DNA of 64,000 bases from Candidatus Acetothermia bacterium (GCA_016201405.1 JACQCZ010000014.1:106631-170630); one strand, 5' to 3'. Counted from the stretch's first letter, positions 1 to 9,731 are shown. Numbers and translations: made by a program. Notes: generated by a model not told the origin, from the letters alone.

Positions 1-64
1 TTGCGATGAAGCTAGCCCGCCACTCTAGCCATTCGTAAGTCTGCTCCAAATCGATAAATGAAGA

Positions 65-101
65 GATGCCCGCTTTATCGGCGGGCATCTTCACTTTATT
101 C
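65..101. terminator. GC-rich hairpin (gatgcccgc / 7-nt loop / gcgggcatc) with T-rich flank; possible bidirectional intrinsic terminator downstream of the M32 peptidase gene
   Basis: Perfect 9-bp inverted repeat at 65-73 and 81-89, followed by ttcactttattc on the + strand and a U-rich tract on the - strand. Confidence 0.5.
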
Positions 102-119
102 AGCCGATCAACTCTAATC

Positions 120-1694
120 TTAGTCTAGCTCTCCATAAATGTCTGAGAATTTTGTCTTTATATAGTTGAGATAGCTCCTCGACTGCAACGGCTCACCCGT
201 CACACGCTCAAGAAGCTCATTGGCGGTGAACTTTCGTCCGTGCACATGAATCTTCTTGCGCAGCCAGCTGAGCAAGCCGTCGAACTTGCCGGACTCGATC
301 TGCTTTCCAAGACCTGAAATATCTTTTTGAGCCCGTTCATAGAGCTGAGCAGACATCAAGTTGCCAAGCGCATAAGTCGAGAAGTAGCCAATCCCTCCCA
401 TGGACCAGTGGATGTCTTGCAGAACTCCCTCCGTGTCATTGGAGGGCTTGATTCCGAGATATTCTTCTACTTTTGCATTCCAAAGCTTTGGCAGATCCTT
501 GACGGCAATCTTGCCCGATACCATCTGCGTCTCTAGCTCAAAGCGCAGCATGATGTGAAGGTTGTAGGTCACTTCATCAGCCTCAACCCGAATCAGAGAA
601 GGCTTGACTCTGTTGATGGCCCGATAGAATGTCTCCATAGGCAAACTCTTCAGCTGAGCCGGAAAGGCCTTCTGAATTTTGGGGTAACAAAACTTCCAGA
701 AGCCCCGGCTGCGTCCTACAATATTCTCCCACATCCGAGACTGCGACTCATGGACACCCAGTGATGTGCCATCTGCTAGTAAAGTCCTTGCGAGGTTCTC
801 TCGGACCCCTTGCTCATAGAGACCATGACCACATTCGTGGAAGAGCCCAAAGAGACAGGGCGACAGAAAGTCTCTTTCGACACGAGTCGTTAGCCGCACA
901 TCATCTGAGGTGAAGCCGCTGCAAAATGGATGATGCGAGAGATCTTGCCTTCCCCGCTTGAAATCAAAGCCAAACTCAGCAATCGTCTCATTCCCAAATT
1001 TGAGCTGCGCTTGCTCGTCAAAATCGAGATGAATGCAGGAGTCATCAGATGGAGCGCGCTCTGAAATCTGCTCCACCAATGAGACAAGATGCGGCTTCAG
1101 ATCTGAGAAGATTTTGCTGACATGAGCCGTCTTCATTCCAGGCTCATACTCATCTAGCAATGGGTCGTAGATATGATCCTTGTAGCCATAGGCTTCCGCC
1201 TTCTTGATTGTCAAGGCCAGCACCTTCTCAAGGTGAGGCTGAAAAGTTGAGAACTTTGAGGTGTGATAAGCCTCTTTCCAAGCCTCTTTGGCAGCGGTCG
1301 TGACCTGGGCAAATTCTGCTACAAGACTGCTGGGTAACTTGCGAGCAAGCTCATAATCCCGCTTTACAATGCGGATCAGACTGGCATCATCAGAATCATA
1401 GTCAAGCCCTTTGACCTCTTTGGCAGCAGCATCCAGCAAGGTTCCAGTCTCATCCGCTGTAAAAAGCTCGTGAGAGAGTCGTCCAAGGGTAGCGAGCTGA
1501 TAACCGCGGAATTTTGCCGCACCTGGCGGCATATATGTTTCCTGATCCCAGCTAATCATGGCTAGCGATGAATTGATGTCACTGATTGTTCCCAATCTCT
1601 CTTTTAGAGCGGCAAGCTTTTGTCCCATGCGAAGATTCCTCCCGAGGTTCTCGATGTGTTTGATACGATACTGACTCAAAATATCTTGAGTCAA
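120..1694 (-). CDS. M32 family metallocarboxypeptidase (carboxypeptidase Taq-like)
   Basis: 524 aa; HECGH zinc motif (HEXXH) plus HPF, HESQS and DIHWS motifs typical of M32. Confidence 0.85.
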   Translation of the reverse strand: MTQDILSQYRIKHIENLGRNLRMGQKLAALKERLGTISDINSSLAMISWDQETYMPPGAAKFRGYQLATLGRLSHELFTADETGTLLDAAAKEVKGLDYDSDDASLIRIVKRDYELARKLPSSLVAEFAQVTTAAKEAWKEAYHTSKFSTFQPHLEKVLALTIKKAEAYGYKDHIYDPLLDEYEPGMKTAHVSKIFSDLKPHLVSLVEQISERAPSDDSCIHLDFDEQAQLKFGNETIAEFGFDFKRGRQDLSHHPFCSGFTSDDVRLTTRVERDFLSPCLFGLFHECGHGLYEQGVRENLARTLLADGTSLGVHESQSRMWENIVGRSRGFWKFCYPKIQKAFPAQLKSLPMETFYRAINRVKPSLIRVEADEVTYNLHIMLRFELETQMVSGKIAVKDLPKLWNAKVEEYLGIKPSNDTEGVLQDIHWSMGGIGYFSTYALGNLMSAQLYERAQKDISGLGKQIESGKFDGLLSWLRKKIHVHGRKFTANELLERVTGEPLQSRSYLNYIKTKFSDIYGELD

Positions 1695-1786
1695 GGAGCC
1701 ACCGGAACATCTTGCATTGATTTTGAGGCTTTAGTACATTTGGCATAATGAGGGCAACAACACTGCCGATCAGAAAGGAATAGAGA

Positions 1787-2209
1787 ATGGCCAAGGCGCG
1801 AGTCATCTGGAATCAAGATATGCAATTTGTGGGGATCACCGAGAGCGGACATGCCGTTGTAGTCGATGCAACGCCGGATCACGGCGGCTATGGCTCTGCG
1901 CCCAGCAACACAGAGATGATCGCGGTTGCCCAGGGCGGCTGCACTGGGATGGACATCGTTTCGATCCTGCAAAAGAAGCGTGTTGCGTTTGACCGCTTTG
2001 AGATGGAAGTTGATTTGCAGCCCACAAAAGAGCATCCACGGTATATTCAGAGAGTCGAGATCACTTACAAAATCTGGGGTGAAGACCTCTCGAAAGACGC
2101 CATCCACCGCGCCGTTGAGTTATCGCTTGAGAAATATTGCATTGTGGCGCACACCTTGCGCGGACGCGCGGAGTTAAGCTACAAGATTCTGATCAATCCA
2201 TCAGAATAG
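1787..2209 (+). CDS. OsmC/Ohr family protein
   Basis: 140 aa; size and conserved Cys/Gly pattern (AQGGCTGMD) consistent with OsmC-like peroxiredoxin fold. Confidence 0.75.
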   Translation: MAKARVIWNQDMQFVGITESGHAVVVDATPDHGGYGSAPSNTEMIAVAQGGCTGMDIVSILQKKRVAFDRFEMEVDLQPTKEHPRYIQRVEITYKIWGEDLSKDAIHRAVELSLEKYCIVAHTLRGRAELSYKILINPSE

Positions 2210-3454
2210 ATCGGGGAAATCTCCGCTCACATCCATAACGTCCAACTCGATGATCTTGGCTGTAAAACCAAGTAGCTCTGCCAGATTTGGATCTGTGCGC
2301 CCGCCATCTCCGGAGATCAGTTCTTTCACATAAAGCCCGCCATCACAGCGAAGCTCTATCATAGCCTCTGTAGGGCTTAACAACTCTCCTTGGATAGAAA
2401 ATAGATAGCGCCATCGCGTCAGGTTGGCGCGGCGATGAAGCACTCGCTCTGGCGTCTGCTGCGAGATCTTTCCAGTCAACTTTGCGAGTGTACCATTAAG
2501 AACGACAGAATTTATCGGCTTCTCGAAAGTCACTTTTGCCCGATACGACTTTTGAGCCTTCCCTTCTTTGATCTCTTCAACGACTTTTCTTGAAACAAAA
2601 TGGAGATCTCCGGCTTCGACTTTTCCGCTGGCAGTGGCGTTGATTTCACTCTTTAATCCAGCAAGTTTCAACGTACGTACTTTGGGGCTCTTAATCTCCA
2701 GCACAAAAGGCCGCCCAGTGCCGAGCATTCGCGCGTCAATATCCTCGCGACCAGCGCCATGAAAGGCATGCTCTTTGCTTTTTGCCGCCTCTAGCACGGG
2801 AGCGGCAATCAGCTCTCCCACGCTCTCTGGGTACTGCTTCCCCGTCCCCTTGCAATGAGCACAGCCCTTGCCTTTGCATTTTCGGCAGGGCCAGATAGTT
2901 TGCGGAATATTTCGTACAAATTTTTGGTACCGCCCATAGATGTAGAGCGAATGAATTTCAATTTCCAGTTTCTTTCGTTCCAAATCGATTAAAAAGACGA
3001 CTTCAGGTTGGTTAAAATCGACGGCAATCTCCCGTCCTGTTACGTTTTGAGCCTGGCCGAATCTCTTGCCCACCAACCGATTGAACTCCTGTTTGAAAGG
3101 CTCCACTTGTTCTTGAGGAATCGCATAGCGACTCCAGAAGCTCTGCTCAGCCCGGACCACATTCTCAGGAGGGCGCGTTCCCACCAGGTATTTTGCAAAT
3201 TCGACTCCTTCAATACGATCGGCAGAGAGCCTGCTCCATTCTGCTACCTGCTCGAATAGATTATTGCAGATTGAGCAGATAGCAGGGCTATCGGGCTTCT
3301 TTCCTGATTCCATCGCATAGAGGACGCGAAGCGCCCTTCCCCGCTCTTCAACGCTAAGAGCCGTACCTAGTTTGGCAAAACAGCGACCTAAGCAGTGATC
3401 GCAAATGACTTCGTTTGCCAAGATCTCTCTTGCCATCTCAATGAGTGGTTTCAT
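2201..3454 (-). CDS. pus10: tRNA pseudouridine synthase Pus10 (archaeal/eukaryotic type)
   Basis: 417 aa; N-terminal CxxC...CxxC zinc motif, a second Cys cluster (CRKCKGKGCAHCKG) and catalytic-looking GREDIDARMLGTGRPF motif. Confidence 0.7.
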   Translation of the reverse strand: MKPLIEMAREILANEVICDHCLGRCFAKLGTALSVEERGRALRVLYAMESGKKPDSPAICSICNNLFEQVAEWSRLSADRIEGVEFAKYLVGTRPPENVVRAEQSFWSRYAIPQEQVEPFKQEFNRLVGKRFGQAQNVTGREIAVDFNQPEVVFLIDLERKKLEIEIHSLYIYGRYQKFVRNIPQTIWPCRKCKGKGCAHCKGTGKQYPESVGELIAAPVLEAAKSKEHAFHGAGREDIDARMLGTGRPFVLEIKSPKVRTLKLAGLKSEINATASGKVEAGDLHFVSRKVVEEIKEGKAQKSYRAKVTFEKPINSVVLNGTLAKLTGKISQQTPERVLHRRANLTRWRYLFSIQGELLSPTEAMIELRCDGGLYVKELISGDGGRTDPNLAELLGFTAKIIELDVMDVSGDFPDLF

Positions 3455-3528
3455 TCAGTATGACTCACTCTCTCAATTACTGGAATAACCATTATAGCGT
3501 TTGATCTGGTTCAATCCTTCCGGTATCT

Positions 3529-4467
3529 TTGCACATTGTGAGTAAGCCGATGGAGTGGTGGAAGTATCTCATTTTGGCGATCTTTGGCATTGGCATTGTC
3601 GAAGGGATTAGGCATTTGGAGACAGAGGCACTTCTAGCGCTCTTCTTAGGATCTTCGTTCGTGGCCGCAACATGGCTCATCACTCGATCTTCAATCGGAG
3701 AGGCGATTGCAGACCGCATTCGCAGCAGCCCAAAAACTCCTTCCATTAGCGATGCGGTTGCAGAGCACATCCGAGGTAAGACTCTGGCGCAGTTGGACAA
3801 GATAGACAGACCCGACCTGATCTCTCAGCCTGACAAACTCTTCTCAAAGGGTGACAAGAAGAAGATTGAGTCAGATTTTCCAGAAGGAATCATCGCCATC
3901 ATGTTTACCGACATGGAGAATTTTACAGGTCTCATCGAGCGTGGCGATGAAGAGGCTTATCGATTGTTGAAGAAACACAACCAAGTCATCCATGAATCGG
4001 CCAAGCAGTGGAAGGGATATGTTGTCAAGAGCTATGGCGATGGCTTCATGGTCGCCTTTCCGAGCGCGCGCCGCGCTGTCTATGCCGCCATCAGCATCCA
4101 ACAGCTTCTGGAGAACCAGAATTGCAATTTGATGGCCGATGAACAGATTCATGTGCGCATCGGCATTGATGCGGGAGAGCCGATCAAAGAGGGCGATGAT
4201 TACATTGGCAGGGCGGTCAACCGGGCAGCCCGCATCTCAGCACTTGCCAGCGGCAAGCAGATCTATGTATCCGACACGGTGAGGCAGCTCGTCGGCCCTA
4301 TCCAAAATCTGCAATACATTGATCTCGGAGACCAGTCGCTAAAAGGATTCAAAGACCAGCACCAGATCTTTGAGATCAGCCGCGTCGAGGCCCTGGCCCA
4401 CCCGCTAGATTCTGAGATTGACCGCGGCATTGCAGAGCTGGAGAAGCGCGTCAACACCGGAAAATGA
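3529..4467 (+). CDS. membrane-anchored class III adenylate/guanylate cyclase
   Basis: 312 aa; N-terminal TM helices, then cyclase core (FTDMENFT...YGDGFMVAF...RIGIDAGEPI). Stop overlaps ruvX start (ATGA). Confidence 0.8.
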   Translation: MHIVSKPMEWWKYLILAIFGIGIVEGIRHLETEALLALFLGSSFVAATWLITRSSIGEAIADRIRSSPKTPSISDAVAEHIRGKTLAQLDKIDRPDLISQPDKLFSKGDKKKIESDFPEGIIAIMFTDMENFTGLIERGDEEAYRLLKKHNQVIHESAKQWKGYVVKSYGDGFMVAFPSARRAVYAAISIQQLLENQNCNLMADEQIHVRIGIDAGEPIKEGDDYIGRAVNRAARISALASGKQIYVSDTVRQLVGPIQNLQYIDLGDQSLKGFKDQHQIFEISRVEALAHPLDSEIDRGIAELEKRVNTGK

Positions 4468-4922
4468 GAATCTTGGGGATTGATCTTGGCTCAAAGCGCA
4501 TCGGCCTCGCCCTCAGCGACGAGACAGGAGCACTCGCGTCAGGCTTTGGAACCTATCAGCGCAGAACACAGCCTCAGGACCTTGAATATTTTCGCACTCT
4601 TGTAGAGGACCAGAATATCTCAACCATTGTGCTGGGCATGCCTTTCAACATGAACGGCTCGTTAGGGCCCAAAGCCGATGAGTCGCTGCTCTTCAAAGCA
4701 GAGCTTGAGAGATTGGTGAAGATTCCAGTCGAGCTATTTGATGAGCGCCTCACCTCTGTCGAAGCCGAGCGCGTGCTCATTGAAGCCAATCTGAGCCGCA
4801 AGAGACGCAAAGAGATTCTGGATCAGCAGGCGGCTATTCTTATCCTGCAAGGCTTTCTGGATCAAAGGCGCTTTCAGAACTCAAACAACCAACCAGGCAT
4901 TCCACTGGATAATGCACTCTAG
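4464..4922 (+). CDS. ruvX: Holliday junction resolvase-like protein RuvX/YqgF
   Basis: 152 aa; N-terminus MRILGIDLGSKRIGLALSD is the YqgF/RuvX signature. Confidence 0.9.
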   Translation: MRILGIDLGSKRIGLALSDETGALASGFGTYQRRTQPQDLEYFRTLVEDQNISTIVLGMPFNMNGSLGPKADESLLFKAELERLVKIPVELFDERLTSVEAERVLIEANLSRKRRKEILDQQAAILILQGFLDQRRFQNSNNQPGIPLDNAL

Positions 4923-5016
4923 ATGGCTCCTCAATATTGACTGCCTGCTTCAAATCCTGTACAAACTTTTTCAATGATTGTGCTGAAAATCCAGCATCAT
5001 TCATCAGGAGGTCGCT

Positions 5017-6363
5017 GTGACCACACGGGATAGCAGAGGGCATTGGAGCCGGAGAGAATTTTTGAAAACGGCCGGAGTCGGGTTAGGTGCGCTCTCACTC
5101 GCTTCGTTTGTAGGCTTCTCTCAAGCCACCCCAGCCATTCGCATCGGGCTCATCGATCCACTGCTCTTGCCCGTTGGAACGGCTGCTACGCGCGGCGCAT
5201 CGATTGCTGTCGATGAGATCAACGCCGCCGGGGGCGTCTTGGGCCGGCCCTTCAAAGTTGACTCGTACATCAAAGATGATGGCCTCGACACAAGCGTTGG
5301 GCCACAAAACTTTGAGACGCTTGTCGTTGAGGATAAAGTCTTGGCTGTCGTCGGAGGCTTTCTCGATGAAGTGACTCTGGCCATTGTAGACACAGTTCTG
5401 CCGCGTCTTCGCACCCCATTTTTAAATACAGGAACTGCCACTCCAGAGACAACAGATCGTGTGCGAACTGACTATGCCAATTTCAAATATTATTTCCGGC
5501 TGATGCTGGACACCGACATCCTGACGGCGGACACCGTCAGTGCCGCAGCAGGGGTCCTCGGCAAAGAGGTCCATGTCACATCTGCCGGGATTCTCGTCGA
5601 AGATGGTGTCTTTGGCCGCGATTTCCAAAGCTTCATGGAGACCAAGCTCCCAGGCGTCGGAATCAGCGTCCCAAGCGGTGCTTCCTTCCGCTTTCCAGAG
5701 AGCGGAAGTTTTGATTTCAGCAGCATCCTAAATCAATCGAAAGAGGCTGGTGTGGAGGCATTTATCATTGCCTTTGCCCGAAACGATGGCGTTGGCTTTG
5801 TGACACAGTGGTTCAATCAGGGTCCGCGTGTCCCTGTGCTTGGCATCAATGTCTCTGGCCAGGCCTTTGAATATTATGCAAGCACGCTAGGCAAAGTCGT
5901 CTCACACGTCTATGCGGACGCCGCAACCGGTGCGACGGCCATCACCGAGAAGACTCTCCCATTTTTCAATAGCTATGTGAGCCGTTATACAACGCCTCCA
6001 GTGCAGCCCCTCTTTACGGGATATACGACCTATGATTCTATCTACATCTTAAAGCAGGCGATCGAGCGCATCGGAGAGACGCCGCCACTCACAGGCGATG
6101 AAGCTGGCTATAGCGCTTATAAAGACGAGCTTGTCGCGGCCATCGAGCAGACCGACATCATCTCAACAGTTGGACACGTCCGCTTCCAAGGAAAGAGTGA
6201 CCCTAAGCCTCATGATCCCTTTACTTTAGATGCCCAGGGCAATGTCTTCGTCGTTCCCAAGTGGGTCCAGTGGCAAGTGGAGAATGGCAAAGCGGATCGA
6301 AAGGTCGTCTGGCCAACGGAGTATAAGAACTCGCAATTTGTTCCTCCGCCGCCACAGTCGTGA
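5017..6363 (+). CDS. ABC transporter substrate-binding protein (type 1 periplasmic binding fold, branched-chain amino acid/amide family) with Tat signal
   Basis: 448 aa; twin-arginine motif SRREFLK and hydrophobic region; followed by two permease genes. Confidence 0.75.
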   Translation: MTTRDSRGHWSRREFLKTAGVGLGALSLASFVGFSQATPAIRIGLIDPLLLPVGTAATRGASIAVDEINAAGGVLGRPFKVDSYIKDDGLDTSVGPQNFETLVVEDKVLAVVGGFLDEVTLAIVDTVLPRLRTPFLNTGTATPETTDRVRTDYANFKYYFRLMLDTDILTADTVSAAAGVLGKEVHVTSAGILVEDGVFGRDFQSFMETKLPGVGISVPSGASFRFPESGSFDFSSILNQSKEAGVEAFIIAFARNDGVGFVTQWFNQGPRVPVLGINVSGQAFEYYASTLGKVVSHVYADAATGATAITEKTLPFFNSYVSRYTTPPVQPLFTGYTTYDSIYILKQAIERIGETPPLTGDEAGYSAYKDELVAAIEQTDIISTVGHVRFQGKSDPKPHDPFTLDAQGNVFVVPKWVQWQVENGKADRKVVWPTEYKNSQFVPPPPQS

Positions 6364-6411
6364 TTTTATCTTCGAGTGAGACTGCACTCTGACATGATCG
6401 CGTAAAACTCT

Positions 6412-7281
6412 ATGGAGCAAATTCTGCTCTTTGCCCTATTGAAAAGCTCGCTCTATGCGCTGGTTGCGCTGGGTTTTACGCTCATCTTTAGCGTAGGCGG
6501 GATTCTCAATCTGGCGCACGGAGCGATGCTGATGGCTGGTGGATATTTTGCGCTGATCGCATTTCAATTTCTGGGCGTTCCATTAGAGCTGGCTATAATG
6601 CTGGCCATTGCCGCATCCGCTCTCTTAGCCGCGGCTCTCTATTGGTGCATTGTGCGGCATATTCAATATTCTGGTGTCTTGACGCTGGTAGTAACCCTAT
6701 CATTTGCTCTCGCTCTCCAGATCGGTGCAGTGATTGCCTTTGGAGTCAATGCACGCAGCCTTGAGCCTGTCATTGGCGGGATCTCTCTCATCGCCAATGT
6801 GAGTGTCGAGAATGTGCGAATCGCGGCCTTTGCCAGCTCATGGCTGGCGCTTCTCCTCTTCTGGCTCCTTGTGGAGCGAACAAAGCTTGGCAAAGCGATT
6901 CGCGCCATCTCTATGAGCCAGAAGGGCGCCGCTCTCGCCGGCATTCGCATCGAAAGGACCTATCTCTGGACATGGGCCATCTCGGGCGCACTGGCGGGTC
7001 TGGCAGGAATCTTCTTTGCCTACCCTGGTGGCATCTCACCCACAATGTGGATTGATCCGCTCATCATCTCATTCGCGATTGTAATTTTAGGTGGAATAGG
7101 AAGTCTTTCTGGCTCCATCATCGCGGCCTATCTGATCGGCTTTGTCGAGACTTTTACGTTCTATGCGCCGCAGTTGAAGGTTCCTCTCGGAGCGGCATGG
7201 GTTGGAGTGCCATCTCTATTAATTACCATTCTGATCTTGATCTTCCGCCCGCGCGGGCTCTTGGGGAAGCCCGTCGAATGA
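6412..7281 (+). CDS. branched-chain amino acid ABC transporter permease (LivH-like)
   Basis: 289 aa polytopic membrane protein with typical LivH N-terminus (ALLKSSLYALVALGFTLIF). Confidence 0.8.
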   Translation: MEQILLFALLKSSLYALVALGFTLIFSVGGILNLAHGAMLMAGGYFALIAFQFLGVPLELAIMLAIAASALLAAALYWCIVRHIQYSGVLTLVVTLSFALALQIGAVIAFGVNARSLEPVIGGISLIANVSVENVRIAAFASSWLALLLFWLLVERTKLGKAIRAISMSQKGAALAGIRIERTYLWTWAISGALAGLAGIFFAYPGGISPTMWIDPLIISFAIVILGGIGSLSGSIIAAYLIGFVETFTFYAPQLKVPLGAAWVGVPSLLITILILIFRPRGLLGKPVE

Positions 7282-8342
7282 TCACGCGCAAACGTACGTC
7301 TGCTCACGCTTATCTCATTCTGGTCGGAGTGCTTGCAATCCTTGCCATCTTGCCATGGCTAGGCATCCTCTCCCCGGCGTGGTATCGCACACTGATCGCT
7401 GCTCAATTTTTAGCGATCTTTGCGATGAGCTGGGACTTGCTCGGCGGATGCACAGGGCAAGTCAATTTAGGACAAGCCCTTTTCATTGGAGGAGCTGCCT
7501 ATGCCAGCGGCTTGATTGGCCTCTATCTGCACTGGCCTCCGCTGTTTGCCATTCTGGCTGGAGCGCTGGCTGCTATGCTGATCGGGCTGCTTGTGGTAGT
7601 TCCGGCCATTCGCCTGCGGGGTCCATATTTGGCGCTCGTCACGCTGATCGCGCTGATCGCGGCTCTCAAACTGGTGCTCATCTATTCAGATGTGACAGGC
7701 GGGCTGGCTGGCTTCTCCTTCAAGCCGAATGATTTCTTCCCCCCGCTCGGCTACAGCGTGCCGCTAAAGCAAGCTCTGTCCATTTCGTATTATTATGCGC
7801 TCGGGCTGCTTGCACTCCTTGGGTTCGCAATCCTCTGGATCACCCGATCGCGCTGGGGCGCGATCTTTGAGGGGATACGTGAAGATGAGATGGCCCTTGC
7901 TGCCGTCGGGGTCAATCCTGCAAAATTTAAGATTCTGGCTTTTCTAATCAGCTCGGGCGCAGCAGGGCTTGCGGGTGCTGCATATGTCCACTTGCCCATA
8001 CTTCCCGTAGTTCAACCCGCAGGAGCGGGCGGCGTGCTCAGTCTGGATCTCTCTCTTCTGGTAATTGTGGCCAGCGTGGTTGGCGGACTGGGCACGATCG
8101 TAGGCCCTCTCATTGGAGCCTTTGTTCTGAAATTGGGGGAGTTTGGACTCAATCAGCTGCCAAGCCAGTTTGATGACTTAAAAAACATTGAAGGAACAGG
8201 CTGGATCACACTGGTCTTTCTGCTCTTGTTGATATTTTGGGTGCGTTTTATGCCGCGAGGTCTGGTGCCCACTCTCTTTGGGAATGCGATTCGCGGGGCG
8301 AATCTGACTCTTTTAGGATCGGAAAAGAATCGACCCAACTAG
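7278..8342 (+). CDS. branched-chain amino acid ABC transporter permease (LivM-like)
   Basis: Polytopic membrane protein; in-frame ATG at 7278 overlaps the upstream stop (ATGA), so the 7197 ORF start is probably an artefact. Confidence 0.75.
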   Translation: MITRKRTSAHAYLILVGVLAILAILPWLGILSPAWYRTLIAAQFLAIFAMSWDLLGGCTGQVNLGQALFIGGAAYASGLIGLYLHWPPLFAILAGALAAMLIGLLVVVPAIRLRGPYLALVTLIALIAALKLVLIYSDVTGGLAGFSFKPNDFFPPLGYSVPLKQALSISYYYALGLLALLGFAILWITRSRWGAIFEGIREDEMALAAVGVNPAKFKILAFLISSGAAGLAGAAYVHLPILPVVQPAGAGGVLSLDLSLLVIVASVVGGLGTIVGPLIGAFVLKLGEFGLNQLPSQFDDLKNIEGTGWITLVFLLLLIFWVRFMPRGLVPTLFGNAIRGANLTLLGSEKNRPN

Positions 8343-8902
8343 CCATTAAAGCGGTTCATGGCCGTATCAACGTCATTCTTCAGAAAGCAATCGATCGCTT
8401 CAGCAGCCTGATCTAAGAAGTCATCTAGCTCTTTCTCTTGTTCTTTTGAGAAGGGCTGCAATACATAATCTGCGAGCTCGCTTCGTGCTGTGCCATCACC
8501 AATGCCTAGGCGCAGTCTGGGGAACTCTTCGGTCCCCAAGATGTCGATGATCGACCTCATGCCATTATGGCCACCGGCACCTCCCAGCTTGCGAACCCGA
8601 AGGGTTCCAAAGGGGAGCGCATAATCATCATAGATAACAAGAATATCTTGAGGCTGGATGTTGTAGGTCACGCAAAGCTCGGCGACGGCAACTCCGCTGC
8701 GATTCATAAAGGTCTCAGGTTTGGCTGATAAGAAGCTGCCCACTTTAGATGTGCGAGAAAATTTTGTAGAGATGAGCTTGCTGCCCTTTCCGAAATTGGC
8801 CAGATAATGATCGATGACCAGAAAACCCAAATTGTGGCGAGTCCAGTGATATTGCAGACCGGGGTTTCCTAAGCCAAAGACTGCCTTACGATAGGCAGGC
8901 AT
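8339..8902 (-). CDS. pth: peptidyl-tRNA hydrolase
   Basis: 187 aa; GLGNPG and HNLGF motifs of bacterial Pth. Confidence 0.9.
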   Translation of the reverse strand: MPAYRKAVFGLGNPGLQYHWTRHNLGFLVIDHYLANFGKGSKLISTKFSRTSKVGSFLSAKPETFMNRSGVAVAELCVTYNIQPQDILVIYDDYALPFGTLRVRKLGGAGGHNGMRSIIDILGTEEFPRLRLGIGDGTARSELADYVLQPFSKEQEKELDDFLDQAAEAIDCFLKNDVDTAMNRFNG

Positions 8903-8935
8903 AATCTATGGGAATTGCCAGGCAATAGAGAGAGG

Positions 8936-9670
8936 CTACTTGCCCTTCTTCTCTTCCTTGGGTGCCTCTTTGCCGCCCTTGGCCCCTTCCTTGGAAGGCC
9001 CACCCTTACCCGCTTCCTTTGGCGCAGCTCCCTTGGCTCCCTCTGCAGCCGGAGCAGCACCAGGCTCTCCAGTTGCAGCCGCGCCTTCGGCAGCGGCCTC
9101 GCCTTCGGCAGGTGCAGCCACAGCCTCCTCAATCTTGCGCGGGATCATCACTTGAACCAGCAAGATCTCTTTAGGTGTCAGAAGCTGGATGGCGGATGGC
9201 ACTTTTACCTCTCCGGCCCGGACAGAGTCACCAACATCCAGATGTGAGATATCGACTTCAAGGAGCTCCGGGATTGAGTCGCTCGCTCCCGCCACTTGGA
9301 TTGCATCGCGCAGGCGGTTTGTGGCACCGCCCTTCTTCTTGCCCACGGGCTCACCCACGAACTTTACGGGCACCTGAATCTTTATGGGCTTCCCTTCTGC
9401 GGGGCGGAAGAGATCGATGTGCAGCACTCGATCCGAGAGGGGGTGATAATGAATCTCTTTTATAAAAGTGGGAAAGACTTGTCCATCCAGCTTGAGCGAG
9501 ATGCGCGAGCTTCGGGTGATCTTGGACAAAAGCTTTTCGAGATCATGCTGTGGGATCGTGATCTCTTTGTGAAATTCGCGCCCATAGACGACACCTGGAA
9601 CGAGCCCAGAGCGTCTTAGCTCTTTTGGATTCTTAACCTCGCGAACTGCTGCCGTCAATGTATAGGCCAT
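8936..9670 (-). CDS. ctc: 50S ribosomal protein L25 / general stress protein Ctc with Ala/Glu/Lys/Gly-rich C-terminal tail
   Basis: 244 aa; L25 N-domain (LRRSGLVPGVVYG) plus low-complexity tail; sits in the conserved prs-ctc-pth order. Confidence 0.85.
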   Translation of the reverse strand: MAYTLTAAVREVKNPKELRRSGLVPGVVYGREFHKEITIPQHDLEKLLSKITRSSRISLKLDGQVFPTFIKEIHYHPLSDRVLHIDLFRPAEGKPIKIQVPVKFVGEPVGKKKGGATNRLRDAIQVAGASDSIPELLEVDISHLDVGDSVRAGEVKVPSAIQLLTPKEILLVQVMIPRKIEEAVAAPAEGEAAAEGAAATGEPGAAPAAEGAKGAAPKEAGKGGPSKEGAKGGKEAPKEEKKGK

Positions 9671-9731
9671 ATCGTTTCCCCTCTGGATGAATGGTTATCA
9701 TAACAAACCCAGTAAATCCTTGCCAGTGCCG

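Noticed and set aside
8915-9465. Several + strand ORFs (8915-9247, 8940-9155, 8962-9174, 9175-9465) antisense to the L25/ctc gene
   Set aside because: Artefacts of the GC-rich low-complexity tail of ctc; no independent coding evidence.
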